A stretch of DNA of 64,000 nucleotides from Calditrichota bacterium (GCA_016867835.1 VGIQ01000002.1:2953-66952), one strand, 5' to 3'. Positions 9,675-20,102 are shown, counted from the first letter of the stretch. Notes: generated by a model from the letters alone, not told the origin. Translations and numbers: made by a program.

Positions 9675-10681
9675 CGCTTGCCGTATTGGCGATGGTAATA
9701 CTCCTGATAAGCACCGCTTGCAACCGACTCGATCCAGTCTGCATTCTCGACATACCAACGAATCGTTGCCGGCAGAGCCTCTTCAAATCGGTGTCCCGGA
9801 CGCCAGCCCAGTTCCTTTTCAGCACGGTCGGTTGCCATCGCATACCGCCGGTCGTGACCGGGACGGTCGGTCACGTGACGAATCAGCGACTCCGGCTTGC
9901 CGAGTGCGGCAAGCGCCTGTCTGACGATGGCGATGTTTGGCATCTCGGCATGTCCGCCAAGGTTATAGACTTCGCCCGGCTTGCCACGTTCAAATGCATT
10001 CAGCAATCCCCGGCAATGATCCTCGACATAGATCCAGTCCCGTACCTGCATGCCGTCGCCATAGACCGGGATGATCCGGTCCGAGAGGGCATTGCGGATA
10101 ATGAGGGGAATCAACTTTTCCGGGAACTGATAAGGCCCGTAGTTGTTCGAGCAGCGCGTGATGACGACGGGTAGTCCGTAAGTTGCGAAATAGGCTTTGG
10201 CTAGTAAATCGGCGCCGGCTTTCGAGGCCGAGTAGGGACTGTTCGGCGCGAGTGGCAAGTCCTCGTGGAACGGCGGATCGTCGGGCGATAGCGAGCCATA
10301 TACCTCATCGGTGGAAACGAGGAGAAAACGACCGACACCTATCTGACGTGCCATTTCGAGCAGCACCTGGGTCCCAAGGACATTGGTGCGCAGGAACGGT
10401 GCCGCATCGAGGATCGAACGGTCCACGTGCGACTCGGCCGCCAGATGGAACACTCCGGAGCAACCCTCCATCGCCGCGCGAACGACTTCCGAATCGCAGA
10501 TGTCGCCCTTGACGAAACGGTACCGGGGATGCGCCTCGACGTCGGCCAGGGACTGGAGATTCCCGGCGTAAGTCAGAGCATCAAGGTTGACGAGTTCCCA
10601 ATCGGGACGTTCGCCCAGGAGAAAGCGGATCAGGTTTGAGCCGATGAAACCGGCTCCGCCGGTGATGAGAATGCGCTTCAA
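9671..10681 (-). CDS. rfbB: dTDP-glucose 4,6-dehydratase.
   Basis: MKRILITGGAGFIGSNLIRFLL is a Rossmann GxxGxxG. The catalytic YxxxK is in SPYSASKAGADLLAKAY, and YGDGMQVRDWIYVEDH is the RfbB hallmark. Confidence 0.85.
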   Translation of the reverse strand: MKRILITGGAGFIGSNLIRFLLGERPDWELVNLDALTYAGNLQSLADVEAHPRYRFVKGDICDSEVVRAAMEGCSGVFHLAAESHVDRSILDAAPFLRTNVLGTQVLLEMARQIGVGRFLLVSTDEVYGSLSPDDPPFHEDLPLAPNSPYSASKAGADLLAKAYFATYGLPVVITRCSNNYGPYQFPEKLIPLIIRNALSDRIIPVYGDGMQVRDWIYVEDHCRGLLNAFERGKPGEVYNLGGHAEMPNIAIVRQALAALGKPESLIRHVTDRPGHDRRYAMATDRAEKELGWRPGHRFEEALPATIRWYVENADWIESVASGAYQEYYHRQYGKR

Positions 10682-10872
10682 TAACGAATCTGGTTAATCT
10701 ACCGATTGCAACCGGCAATGCCAGCGTGGCAACATCGATTTCACGCCCGGAAGCGCTTGCAAGGTCCCGAGCCGGGTGCAATCCTGTAATTTATTCTTTA
10801 TATTGGAACTTGTCAATCCAACGCCGCAGCATCGGGCGTTTCAGCAGGGAATGTAGGAAGGCCGAGGTCGAA

Positions 10873-11253
10873 ATGCCCACACGGGAGATTCTCATCGTCG
10901 ATGATGACGATGACGTTCGCGAGATGTTGGCAAGTTATCTGGAACTGAAAGGTTGCTCGGTTGCCGCTGTCAGCGCGGTGGAGCCGGCCTTCAAGCACCT
11001 CCGCGGCGAAGCCGTTTGCGATCTATTGCTGATCGACGGCACTCTGCCTGGAATGGAGGGATTCGAAGCACTGCAGCAGATCGCGGAACTGCGGCCGGGG
11101 CTTCCGGTGGTGCTCGCTTCGGGTCTGCCGGCTGCGGAGTATGAAGCCATAGCCTTTCGCTACGGCGCGTCTGCCTACCTGCAAAAGCCATTCGACCTGA
11201 AGCGACTCGATGCGCTAATTGAAGACCTGGCTGTAGAGAAACGTTCGTCCTGA
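10873..11253 (+). CDS. Stand-alone response-regulator receiver (CheY-like) protein.
   Basis: The internal ATG at 10873 gives MPTREILIVDDDDDVREMLASYLELKGCSV...LLLIDGTLPGMEGFEALQQI...AYLQKPFD. The phospho-acceptor Asp is in LLIDG and the conserved K is in QKPF. There is no kinase or output domain nearby. Confidence 0.7.
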   Translation: MPTREILIVDDDDDVREMLASYLELKGCSVAAVSAVEPAFKHLRGEAVCDLLLIDGTLPGMEGFEALQQIAELRPGLPVVLASGLPAAEYEAIAFRYGASAYLQKPFDLKRLDALIEDLAVEKRSS

Positions 11254-11293
11254 ACCTTCACCGGCGGCTTTGTCGCCGCGCTGCAAGACGACT

Positions 11294-12706
11294 TTACTTC
11301 GGTGCCGGGAGCACCAGAGTCCGCAGTTCGCTCATCTCCTCCATCGCATACCGCACCCCTTCCCGTCCAAAACCCGATTCCTTGACCCCGCCGTAAGGGA
11401 AGTTATCGACCCTGTAGGTTGGCACGTCGTCGATGATAATGCCGCCTGTTTCGAGCCGGCTGAAAGCCATCATTGCCCGTTTGATATCGCGGGTGAAAAC
11501 ACCGGCTTGCAGACCGAACTTCCAACTATTGACCCGTTCCAGCGCTTCGTCGAAGGTGACGAACCGGGATACGACCGTGACCGGCCCAAAGGCCTCCTCC
11601 GCAACGATCCGGCACTCCCCCGGGACGTCGGTCAAGATAGCCGGACTAATGCGACTGCCATCTCGCTCGCCTCCGGTCAGGAGGATTCCCCCGGCTTGCA
11701 CCGCTTCACCAATCCACTCTTCGATCCGAACCGCTTCCGACTCCGCGATCAGCGCAGCGACTTCGGTCGTCTCGTCGAGCGGATCGCCCAACTTAAGTCC
11801 TTCCACCAGCGGGACGAACTTCGCCATAAAGTCATCATAGACACTATTTGCGACGAGGACGTTCTGCACTGAAATGCAGATCTGCCCGGTATGGGCATAC
11901 CCCCCGACGGCGATGCGCCGAGCCGCATGGTCGAGGTCGGCGGTCTCATCGACGATGGCAGCGGCGTTGCCGCCCAGTTCGAGGCAGACGCGCCTCCGCC
12001 AGGCACGCCGCTTGATCCCCCAGCCGACTTCTGCCGAGCCGGTGAAGGTTACCAGTTGCACCCGGGGATCCTCCACCAGCGGATCGGACAGGGCAGCCGG
12101 AGCCGGGAGGACATTGAACGCACCTTCGGGCAGTCCGGCTTCGATGAGCACCTGTCGCAACATCAACGCAGTAAGCGGCGTGTAACTGGCCGGCTTCAGG
12201 TTGATCGCGCAGCCGGTGGCGATGGCGGGCGCGACCTTATGCGCGACCAGATTGAGCGGGAAATTGAAAGGCGCAATGCCGGTTACCAGCCCGACCGGGA
12301 TCTTACGCACCAGCGCCACCCGGTCTCCCGCCGCGGGAGTAATGTCGAGCGGCAGAAGTTCGCCGCCCCAACCGCGAGCGGCCTCCCCGGCAAGGGTGAA
12401 GGTGGACTCGGCACGCGTAGCCTCGGCGCGGGCTTCCCGTATCGGCTTGCCGCCTTCGAGGGCGATCATTCGGGCGAACTCCTCGCGCTTTTCACGCAGG
12501 AGAGATGCCGCCTTGAGAAGTATCTCCGCGCGCTGGTAGTTGCGCAGCGAGCGCATCGTTAGGGCCGCCTTGGCTCCGACCTCAAGCGCCCGGGAGATGT
12601 CGTCCAGCCCTGCGAAGTGACACTCGCCGACGATTTCTCCCGACCAGGGGCTGCGCACCGCCCGAAAATCAGAACCCCCTGTCATTTGTCCCGCAATTAG
12701 TGGCAT
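11294..12706 (-). CDS. NAD(P)-dependent aldehyde dehydrogenase.
   Basis: 470 aa. VCLELGGNAAAIV carries the catalytic Glu motif. GQICISVQNVLV matches the catalytic Cys motif G-Q-x-C. FTGSAEVGW is also present. Confidence 0.85.
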   Translation of the reverse strand: MPLIAGQMTGGSDFRAVRSPWSGEIVGECHFAGLDDISRALEVGAKAALTMRSLRNYQRAEILLKAASLLREKREEFARMIALEGGKPIREARAEATRAESTFTLAGEAARGWGGELLPLDITPAAGDRVALVRKIPVGLVTGIAPFNFPLNLVAHKVAPAIATGCAINLKPASYTPLTALMLRQVLIEAGLPEGAFNVLPAPAALSDPLVEDPRVQLVTFTGSAEVGWGIKRRAWRRRVCLELGGNAAAIVDETADLDHAARRIAVGGYAHTGQICISVQNVLVANSVYDDFMAKFVPLVEGLKLGDPLDETTEVAALIAESEAVRIEEWIGEAVQAGGILLTGGERDGSRISPAILTDVPGECRIVAEEAFGPVTVVSRFVTFDEALERVNSWKFGLQAGVFTRDIKRAMMAFSRLETGGIIIDDVPTYRVDNFPYGGVKESGFGREGVRYAMEEMSELRTLVLPAPK

Positions 12707-12762
12707 TCGAACAGTATCTGCCTTTCTCCCTTTATCCTTTATCCTTTATCCCTCCAAAAGCC

Positions 12763-12795
12763 CCGCCCCCCGACCGTAAGGCAGCCGGGGGGCGG
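12763..12795 (-). terminator. GC-rich hairpin (10-bp stem CCGCCCCCCG/CGGGGGGCGG, 13-nt loop) downstream of the giant gene, preceded by a CTTTATC x3 mini-repeat.
   Basis: The inverted repeat is read directly from the sequence at 12763-12772 and 12786-12795. It lies 30-60 nt 3' of the stop of 12826..18612. There is no clear U-tract. Confidence 0.3.
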
Positions 12796-12825
12796 CAGAG
12801 GTTCGTCGGAAGTGCCTGGCCCGGT

Positions 12826-15800
12826 TTACCGGACGAGCACCGCCTTCTGGCTGGCCTCGAAATTCCCGGCGCGCATCTTGATGATGTAGATGCCCGAGGT
12901 GAGGCCTTCGGCATTCCAGTTCAGTTCATACTGCCCGGCTTGCAGCGAACCGGTCTGGAGTGTGGCGACCTTGCGGCCGTGCATATCCCAGACGGCGATC
13001 TCGACTGCTTCCGAATGCGGCAGCCCGAACTTCAGCGTCGTGCCGCTGTTGAACGGATTCGGGTACGCCGGCGCCATCGTGAAGACCTGCGGAATCTCGG
13101 GTTGAGACGACTGCTTCACTTCAAGCGGCGGGATGTTGAACCGGAACGGCGCATTAGCCGCTCGCGACAGCACCCGCGCGGAGTCGAAAGCGCTCACCCA
13201 CCACTCGATCGCCTGGGCGATATGCCGGTTGTCCTCCCGACGCTGCCGGGTGAGGGTGTCGAGTATCGGCTGGAACGGCAGCGGCGGCAGACGCAAGGTG
13301 TCGAGGTTGCGGGACGTATCGGGGGCGAAGGGATACTGCACGGTATCGCCGGCCGCGCCACCAACCAGACGGAAGGTTACGGCATAGAATGTCGTATCGA
13401 CCTCCCACCGGTTCGGGATCGCACTCGACCAGGCAAACTGCAGCGATCCAAGCGAGTCGGGATCATACTGGATGGCGTGGTTGTTAGGCGGATCCACCAG
13501 ATTGAAGGCTTGCGGCGGGTCGTTGAGCGGCCGCACCCGGAAGTTGAAGGCGTAGGCTGAATCTCCGCCTTGCCCTTCGGCGACCCCGGTTGAGTCGAGC
13601 GCCCAGACCTGCACCCGCGCTTCGCCGTTCTCCAGATGCGCGGTGTTGAAGTTAGGCGTCAACTGGTAGGTGAACCGCTTCTGGGCGTCGTTCGTGATGA
13701 CGAACCGGAAAAGCCGCACCAGATTCGTATCCTGCGGTGTGGCAACGAAGAAACTGCACGACGCGGTCCGGTTATCGACGTCGGAAATGAGCGCCACCAG
13801 ACTGGCCGCGATCTGAATCACCGGCTCGGGGTTATTGTTGACGGTGGTATCCTCGCGGACGTTCCGGTTGGCAATGGCGTTGGCGCGATAGCCCGGGCGG
13901 TCGTTGACGTGCTCCACATTTACAAGGAAAGCGACAGTATCACCCACTGCCCCGTCGTGACCGCGCACCCGCACCCGCAGCGGCATGTCGTAGTTGTGCG
14001 TCGAATCGCGGGTGAAGAAGTTAGCGGTCGGCTGAGCCGAGAGGATGCCGTTGTTGATCTGCAACTGCAACGGCGCCGGCGGCGCGATGAGTTGGAACTG
14101 GATGTTTTGCCCGTCGGGGTCCTGCCAGAGGCCGTTCAGGTCTTGAATGTCCTCCCGCGCCTGATCCTCGCGCATTTCAACATCCTGCAGGTCGCGCTGG
14201 CGCACCGGGGGCCGGTTCACATCGGCAATGCGCAGATCGACCCGAATCTGGTCCGTAGCGTTGGCGCGATCGGTCACCGTGAACTGCGGCGTATAGTTGC
14301 CCGACTCGTTGAACTGCGGAGTCCAGACAAAGGTCATCGAACCGTCGCCGTTGTCGGCGAACTGCGGACCGTCCTGCGGCAAGCCGCCCCGGTCATTCAT
14401 CGTCCAGACCAACTGGTTGGCTTGATCTTCGACATCCTGGGCACTGAATGAGAACCGCATTTCGACGCCTTCCCGGCCGTCCCGACGCACCTGGGCGCTG
14501 TCGGGAGCGATCACCGGGTTGTCGTTGACGGCGTTGACTACCACCGCAAACTGATAGAGCGTCTCCCCTCCCCGGCCATCGCGGGCGAAGAGCGAGCAGG
14601 CGATCTGGCCGTTGAAGTTGAGAGCCGGCTTGATCCGCAGTTCCGGACGGTTGTTCCGGACCATAATCCGGAGCGAGTCGAGTTGCTGCGGGTCGCGCCG
14701 ACGCACTTCATAACTGAGCGCGTCGCCGTCAGGATCACGGAACATCGTATCGACGAGGGCGTAGGTCGCGACGGCCGCATCCTCGTTCATTGTAACCCGG
14801 TTGTCAGCAAAAGCCCCGATCCGTTGCGGCACGCGGTTGACGTCGGCGATGTTGATCACCGCCGTAGCCTGATCCCGCTGGTTGTTGTTGAACGCGCTGA
14901 AGTAGAGTTTATACTGACCGGATGCGTCGAAGTTGGCATCCCACTGGAAGTTCGCGGTGTTGTTGCGGTTGTCGGCGAATTGAATATTGCCGCGGTTGGC
15001 GTTGGGCAGATCGATGAGCCGCCACTGGTTGTTTTGGAAAACTTGGGAACTATCCCACGCGAACGCCATTTGGCCCGGAGCGTTGGCAAGCGTCAACTGG
15101 AACGCTGCGCGCTCGTTCTCCCGAATGTTGACCGCGTTCGGCGGGTTGACCCGGAAGACGTTGGCGACATTGAGCGTGATTGCGGTAAAGTCGTTGGCAG
15201 TCCAGTTAAGTTCGCCTTCGACGACCTCAATCTCAGGCTCGTATTCCCGTCGCTGGGAGGCATCCCAAATCCGGAACGTCATCTCTTCGCCGGCCCGGAA
15301 GCCGTTGATCAGGATTCGCTCGTCGGCGTCGTCGCCCCACGCCGAGAGGCCGACGCCTTCGCCCGGGTTGGTGACGATGCCCGCTCCGGCGCAGTGCCCG
15401 GCGGGAGTGAAGACCGCAAACTCGTCGTTGACGTCGGCCGGCGCACCGCCCATATTGAACTCGACCGCCAGCACGCTATGGTTCTGGTCGGTCTCAAAAT
15501 ACTGGAAGTGGAAGGGCTGGCCCTGATTGTTCAGGATATTGGTGCCCGAGCCGCAGGGATTGAAGGGGAATTGCGGACGGCGCGCATCATCGCTAAAGAC
15601 AGTCAGAATGCCCTCATAAGCGAAGACCCGTGCCGGCTCGAAGGTCACTTCGACATCGAAGCCTTCGCCCGGACGGACGACGCGATCCTGATTGTTGAAG
15701 TTGTGGGTGATGGTGTTGAAGTTCGAGGCGATCCGGCTGACCGTCAGATCGACGCCGCCATTGTTGCTGATCCGGAAGGTGTGCCTGACGGCTTGCCCTA

Positions 15801-18612
15801 CCCGCACCGGCCCGAACTGCCAGACTGGAGGATCGACGACGATCTCTGCCGCATCGACCTCGCTCTGCCCGCGCAGGTTGAGACGCGTGAAGCCGTTCGA
15901 CTCCCAGGCGCGGGGGCCTTCCGTCCAACTCACTTCGGGGACAATCTCCTGGCGCGTGGCGCGGTCATACATCCGGAAGGCAAAGGCGTCGCCATTGCGG
16001 AAGCCGTCGTCGAACGGGGTGTTGACGTCGTCGCCCCAGCAGGCGACAGCGACCCGTCCTTCTTCCTCCATAACTGCCGCCCCGGCGCATAGTCCTCGCG
16101 GCGTGAAGACCCCGACCTCGTTGCCGCGCGCAAAGGGCTGTTCGTTACCCTGCACGGTAACGAGAATCACCTGCTCACAAAGCAGGGTGTGGTTGACGTT
16201 GGTGGCGAGGGCGTTGAAACGGGTCTGGGAGGCGGTGCCGTGCCCGCGCAGCGCAAAGGCGATGTCGCCGTTGTTCGGGTCATCGGAGATGATGTTGATT
16301 TGCCCGTTATAGACCTGAGCCTGTTGTGGCGAGAACGTGATCGTCAGTTCATACTGATTGCCCGGATCGACCTCGCGCGGCTGGCCCGGCCAGTTCGTAG
16401 CAAAGCCGTTCCCCTGCAGGCGAACATCGTCGATCCTCAGCCGCCCGCCGCCGCGATTGGTCATCACCAGGACATAGTTGTAGTTCCCGCCTATGCGCTG
16501 GACGCCGAAGTAATGGTTGGCGCGCGGCAGAACCAGTTCCGGCTCGCGCACCTGATCGACGCCAAGCCCGAAGAGGTCGATGTAGAGCACCGAATCGACC
16601 GGGTCGCTGGAACGAAGCGTCAGTCGCCCCGCGTAATCGACCTCGGCCGATGGCGCAAAGGTCACGGTGATGTCGCGCCCGTCTCCGACGCCGATATCGA
16701 ACTCGCCTTCGAAGTCGGTGGTGAACTCGTTCATATCTGTGGCGACGTCTTCGACCGTCAGAACGCCCTGGCCGCGGTTGGTAATGCGGAAGGTCCAGTC
16801 CTCGGTGCTGCCGACCTCAACCTGACCGTAAAAATTGCGATGATCGGATAGTTCGATATCCGGTGCGGCGACGACCCGCCCCGCCAGTCGCAGAACTGAG
16901 AACTCGCCGGTGAAGACTTCGGGACCTTCGACCCATTCGGCCGCAGCCCAAGCCTCGACGCGGGCGTCCGCATCCCAGACCTTGAAGCGGAATGCCTCGT
17001 TGACGTTAAAGCCGTCGATGAGGTCGGTGTCTTCATCGTCACCCATTGCCGCCATGCCGACCCGTCCGTCGTTGCCGATCACACCGCCGCCGGCGCAATA
17101 GCCGCCGCGGGTAAAGACGCCGACCTCGCTCCTGGCGCCAAGCGCGTTGCCATCGAGCGTCGCTTCGACAACCAGCAGCGAATGGTTGAAGCCGGTCGTA
17201 TAGTAACGGAAGTGCCGGCCGTCGGCTTGAGTCGCAACACCCCCGACCATGGCCGTGATTTCGCCGTTCTCGGGATCATTCGATGCCACCGTCAGCGTTG
17301 CATTGTAGAACCCCTCGGCTCCAGGTCCAAAGGTAACCGGGACATAGAGATAATCGCCCGGCCGGACGCGCTGTTCGACGTTGGGGAAGTTCACGTTGAA
17401 GGCCTGATGATCGCTGGAGACGCTCTGCACCATCAGGTCGCTGCCGCCGCTGTTGAGGATGACCATCCGCCAGGACGCAGCCTGACCGACAGAGACATTG
17501 CCGTAGAAGTGCTCTTCCTCGTAGAGGCCAATCGAGGGCGGCTCGCCCGGCTCGACGCCTTCACCCAAAAGTCGGACCGAGACTTCGCCCTGATCCGGAT
17601 CGTTGCTCGATATGGTGAGGCTGCCTTCATAGGCCTGCGCCGCGGCCGGCCGGAAGGTAACGACCACCTGGGCGTTGCCGTCGGGAGCGACGCGCAGTTC
17701 GTCATCGAAATCGGTGGTGAAGACGTTGTTATCGGATGATATTTCGGAGACGACCAGGGTCTGGTCGCCGTTATTGCCGATGAAAAGCGACCAGTTGCGC
17801 GCCTGATCGATGAGGACGCGGCCAAAGCTGCGCTCGTTTGCCGAGAGGACGATATTGGGCGGGGCGGCGGCTTCGCCGGAGCCGGTCAGCGATATCGTAA
17901 CCTGATCGTTGTCCGGGTCATCGCTGACGATCGTAAGCGTCTCGTCCCAACTGTCCACCTCTTCCGGCGCAAAGGTCACGGTGAAGTCCCGTGCTGCTCC
18001 GGCGGCGATCTCAACCTCGCCCTGGAAGTTAACCGCGAACGGCCCGCCGCCTATGGACATATCTGAAACGGTGAGCGTGGCGCGGCCGCGATTTTGCACG
18101 GTGAAGGTCTGTTCGGCGACCCGCCCAACCCGGACGGCGCCGAAGTCAAGTCCTTCTACAGAAACGCTTATGTCGGGCACGGCTTCACCGCGCGCGGCTT
18201 CAAGGCTCAGGGCAACGAAACTGTTGCCCTCAAAGACCGGATTGCCGTCCACCACTTCGCTGATGTCGGCGAGGAGTTCTTCGTCGGCATCACGGTCCCA
18301 GACCCGGAACGCCAGTTGTTCGCCGGCGCGAAATCCGGGCACCCGCCCCTCGACTTGCCAGGCCGCAATTCCGACCGGAAAACCGTTATTGTCAACTGCA
18401 GACGCACCGGCACAATCGCCACCGGGGGTGAAGACTCCGATTTCGTCGCGCGCCACGAGATCTTCGCCGTCAAGTGTGCATGACATCACCAGGATGCTCA
18501 TGTTGACGTCCGTCTCGGTGTAGCGGAAATAATCCAGTGCCGCAGCATTGTTCGCGGCAGTCAGGAGCAGTCCACCCGTAAGCGTAACGAGAAGTGATTG
18601 CAAGCGCTTCAT
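12826..18612 (-). CDS. Giant secreted adhesin-like protein (1928 aa) with a T9SS C-terminal sorting domain.
   Basis: The ATG at 18610-18612 (MKRLQSLLVTLTGGLLLTAANNAAAL signal peptide) is preceded by a GGAGGAA RBS. The track ORF extends 72 nt further upstream. Architecture: four copies of a ~110-aa module (YFRYTETDVNMSILV...DEIGVFTPGGDCAGA...AAW...FRAGE..AFRVWD...EG...NGF.AL.L), each followed by Ig-like choice-of-anchor-D-type domains (ISVSVEGLDFGAVRVGRVAEQTFTVQNRGRATLTV...). Then come cadherin-like repeats with xNDNP/VNDRP motifs (VNAVNDNPV, VEHVNDRPG, RPLNDPPQ). The C-terminal YPNPFNSGTTLKFGLPHSEAVEIAVWDMHGRKVATL...GIYIIKMRAGNFEASQKAVLVR is a T9SS CTD. Confidence 0.8.
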   Translation of the reverse strand: MKRLQSLLVTLTGGLLLTAANNAAALDYFRYTETDVNMSILVMSCTLDGEDLVARDEIGVFTPGGDCAGASAVDNNGFPVGIAAWQVEGRVPGFRAGEQLAFRVWDRDADEELLADISEVVDGNPVFEGNSFVALSLEAARGEAVPDISVSVEGLDFGAVRVGRVAEQTFTVQNRGRATLTVSDMSIGGGPFAVNFQGEVEIAAGAARDFTVTFAPEEVDSWDETLTIVSDDPDNDQVTISLTGSGEAAAPPNIVLSANERSFGRVLIDQARNWSLFIGNNGDQTLVVSEISSDNNVFTTDFDDELRVAPDGNAQVVVTFRPAAAQAYEGSLTISSNDPDQGEVSVRLLGEGVEPGEPPSIGLYEEEHFYGNVSVGQAASWRMVILNSGGSDLMVQSVSSDHQAFNVNFPNVEQRVRPGDYLYVPVTFGPGAEGFYNATLTVASNDPENGEITAMVGGVATQADGRHFRYYTTGFNHSLLVVEATLDGNALGARSEVGVFTRGGYCAGGGVIGNDGRVGMAAMGDDEDTDLIDGFNVNEAFRFKVWDADARVEAWAAAEWVEGPEVFTGEFSVLRLAGRVVAAPDIELSDHRNFYGQVEVGSTEDWTFRITNRGQGVLTVEDVATDMNEFTTDFEGEFDIGVGDGRDITVTFAPSAEVDYAGRLTLRSSDPVDSVLYIDLFGLGVDQVREPELVLPRANHYFGVQRIGGNYNYVLVMTNRGGGRLRIDDVRLQGNGFATNWPGQPREVDPGNQYELTITFSPQQAQVYNGQINIISDDPNNGDIAFALRGHGTASQTRFNALATNVNHTLLCEQVILVTVQGNEQPFARGNEVGVFTPRGLCAGAAVMEEEGRVAVACWGDDVNTPFDDGFRNGDAFAFRMYDRATRQEIVPEVSWTEGPRAWESNGFTRLNLRGQSEVDAAEIVVDPPVWQFGPVRVGQAVRHTFRISNNGGVDLTVSRIASNFNTITHNFNNQDRVVRPGEGFDVEVTFEPARVFAYEGILTVFSDDARRPQFPFNPCGSGTNILNNQGQPFHFQYFETDQNHSVLAVEFNMGGAPADVNDEFAVFTPAGHCAGAGIVTNPGEGVGLSAWGDDADERILINGFRAGEEMTFRIWDASQRREYEPEIEVVEGELNWTANDFTAITLNVANVFRVNPPNAVNIRENERAAFQLTLANAPGQMAFAWDSSQVFQNNQWRLIDLPNANRGNIQFADNRNNTANFQWDANFDASGQYKLYFSAFNNNQRDQATAVINIADVNRVPQRIGAFADNRVTMNEDAAVATYALVDTMFRDPDGDALSYEVRRRDPQQLDSLRIMVRNNRPELRIKPALNFNGQIACSLFARDGRGGETLYQFAVVVNAVNDNPVIAPDSAQVRRDGREGVEMRFSFSAQDVEDQANQLVWTMNDRGGLPQDGPQFADNGDGSMTFVWTPQFNESGNYTPQFTVTDRANATDQIRVDLRIADVNRPPVRQRDLQDVEMREDQAREDIQDLNGLWQDPDGQNIQFQLIAPPAPLQLQINNGILSAQPTANFFTRDSTHNYDMPLRVRVRGHDGAVGDTVAFLVNVEHVNDRPGYRANAIANRNVREDTTVNNNPEPVIQIAASLVALISDVDNRTASCSFFVATPQDTNLVRLFRFVITNDAQKRFTYQLTPNFNTAHLENGEARVQVWALDSTGVAEGQGGDSAYAFNFRVRPLNDPPQAFNLVDPPNNHAIQYDPDSLGSLQFAWSSAIPNRWEVDTTFYAVTFRLVGGAAGDTVQYPFAPDTSRNLDTLRLPPLPFQPILDTLTRQRREDNRHIAQAIEWWVSAFDSARVLSRAANAPFRFNIPPLEVKQSSQPEIPQVFTMAPAYPNPFNSGTTLKFGLPHSEAVEIAVWDMHGRKVATLQTGSLQAGQYELNWNAEGLTSGIYIIKMRAGNFEASQKAVLVR

Positions 18613-18833
18613 TGTTCCTCCAGAAAGAGTCGAGGTGTAAGATGCCCAAAGATAGGGCAAAAGAGGCGTTCTGTCAAGCCCCATATTGAAAATCAGTCGG
18701 CCCTGAATTGCAAGATAGCCTTGTCCAACTCCCTCTGAGGTGCGTCAAATCACCTGCCCTTGGATAAGGATGTATGACTGCTCCGGTCACCTGCCGGTCG
18801 GGTCAAACCTACCCCCCATGAAACCGTTTTGTT

Positions 18834-19934
18834 CTACCGCAACAGATGGAGCGGCGTCGTCCGCCGAATCCCGCGTCCTTCAAGTTGCAGGAAATAGGAC
18901 CCGGCCGGCAAGACTCCGAGGTCCAATGCCAGGGCGCTGCGTCCCGCTTCGAACCGGCGGCTGGCGACGGTGCGGATGCGACGACCGGCGGGGTCGGTGA
19001 GCACCAGTCGGTAGTCCCCGCTTTGCGCAATACCGAGTTCAATCCGGACGGCGCCGTTGGTCGGATTGGGATGGATACGTAGAAAGTCGTAGGCAACCGG
19101 GTTCGCCGGTCCCCGCACCGCATTGTAAGGATCGTTGGACAGTAGAAAACGCGTTTCGCCGCCGGTGCGGTAGGCGGTATCGCCCTGCGTGATTTCCCAT
19201 TCGAGCGGTTGGTGCTCGGCATCGGGACGGAAGTAGTAGGTCGAATCGTCGCGACGATAACGCAAATAAAAGGCGAGCGCTTCACCGGCTTGATATCCAT
19301 CCACGGTATCTTCGGTCGCCGGGTCGTCGGCATAAGCCCAGCCGGAAGCCTCGCCGGCTTCAGCATTCCAAATCAGAACCCCGACCGGACGGTCGTCGGG
19401 AGCGACGATGGCGATCTGATCCAGATCCGCCGGCGCCATTGCCTCTTCGAGCCAGAAAACCTCGATGCCCGAGCAGGTGAACCGGTGGCGCCCGCCGGTC
19501 GCCCGCACCGACCACTCAGCGCCGCCCTCGCGCAAATCTACGATCATCAGGCCATTCGGCTGCCAGACTTCCTCGCCCTGCAGGACGAAGACGCCCTCGA
19601 GGTTGATTTCTGTCTCTGCCGAAACGTCCCAGTAGGCGAACCGGATCGGCTCACCGGCGCGGAATCCGTCGATCTCTTCAGTCAGGGCGTCGTCGCCCCA
19701 AGCCGGAAGCCCGGCCGGGAATCTATCGACGACCGCTCCGCCGCCGCAGACGCCGTCGGGAGTGAAGAGCCCGATCTCGTCGTCCGCACTCCAGTGCAGG
19801 CTGACGAGGAAGATGTCCCGCACCAGTATCGACATGTTGACGTCGGTGGTGTCGAAGTCGTAGTGCGACGCCATCGCCGCCCCGGGCAGCAGGGCACAAA
19901 AAATAAGTATGTATTTACAGATGTTCCGGATCAA
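18834..19934 (-). CDS. Secreted 366-aa protein with two copies of the locus-specific ~110-aa module and a T9SS C-terminal domain.
   Basis: TTG start with an AAGGGAG RBS. The signal peptide is MIRNICKYILIFCALLPGAAMA. Module 1 is HYDFDTTDVNMSILV...DEIGLFTPDGVCGGGAVV...AWGDD...FRAGEPIRFAYWD. The CTD is IHPNPTNGAVRIELGIAQSGDYRLVLTDPAGRRIRTV...GSYFLQLEGRGIRRTTPLHLLR. Confidence 0.7.
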   Translation of the reverse strand: MIRNICKYILIFCALLPGAAMASHYDFDTTDVNMSILVRDIFLVSLHWSADDEIGLFTPDGVCGGGAVVDRFPAGLPAWGDDALTEEIDGFRAGEPIRFAYWDVSAETEINLEGVFVLQGEEVWQPNGLMIVDLREGGAEWSVRATGGRHRFTCSGIEVFWLEEAMAPADLDQIAIVAPDDRPVGVLIWNAEAGEASGWAYADDPATEDTVDGYQAGEALAFYLRYRRDDSTYYFRPDAEHQPLEWEITQGDTAYRTGGETRFLLSNDPYNAVRGPANPVAYDFLRIHPNPTNGAVRIELGIAQSGDYRLVLTDPAGRRIRTVASRRFEAGRSALALDLGVLPAGSYFLQLEGRGIRRTTPLHLLR

Positions 19935-20102
19935 TGATACTCCCTTGAATATTCGAACAAGGTCCCCCCTCGTCGTTCCCTCCGGTATTCGCGTCCGGCG
20001 CTACTGACGCCGGATAGATAATCTCTTCCTGCCCTAAAGATAGGGCTATGGTTCGCCCGACGCAACGCATTGCAGCATTCAGTATTGCCAACATTGCGCA
20101 GC

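Noticed and set aside
13636-16851. Long plus-strand ORFs (e.g. 13636..14451, 14683..16092, 16189..16851, 24234..25715, 27681..28799, 29750..31156, 53923..54951(-))
   Set aside because: They are antisense to the giant, domain-rich genes. Their compositions are low-complexity (Arg/Gly/Val/Asp-rich), typical of the reverse frame of high-GC coding DNA.
18640-20045. Shared AAAGATAGGGC motif upstream of the 1928-aa and 366-aa genes
   Set aside because: It is only an 11-nt match, in inconsistent orientation relative to a similar string upstream of the 2916-aa gene. That is too weak to call a site.
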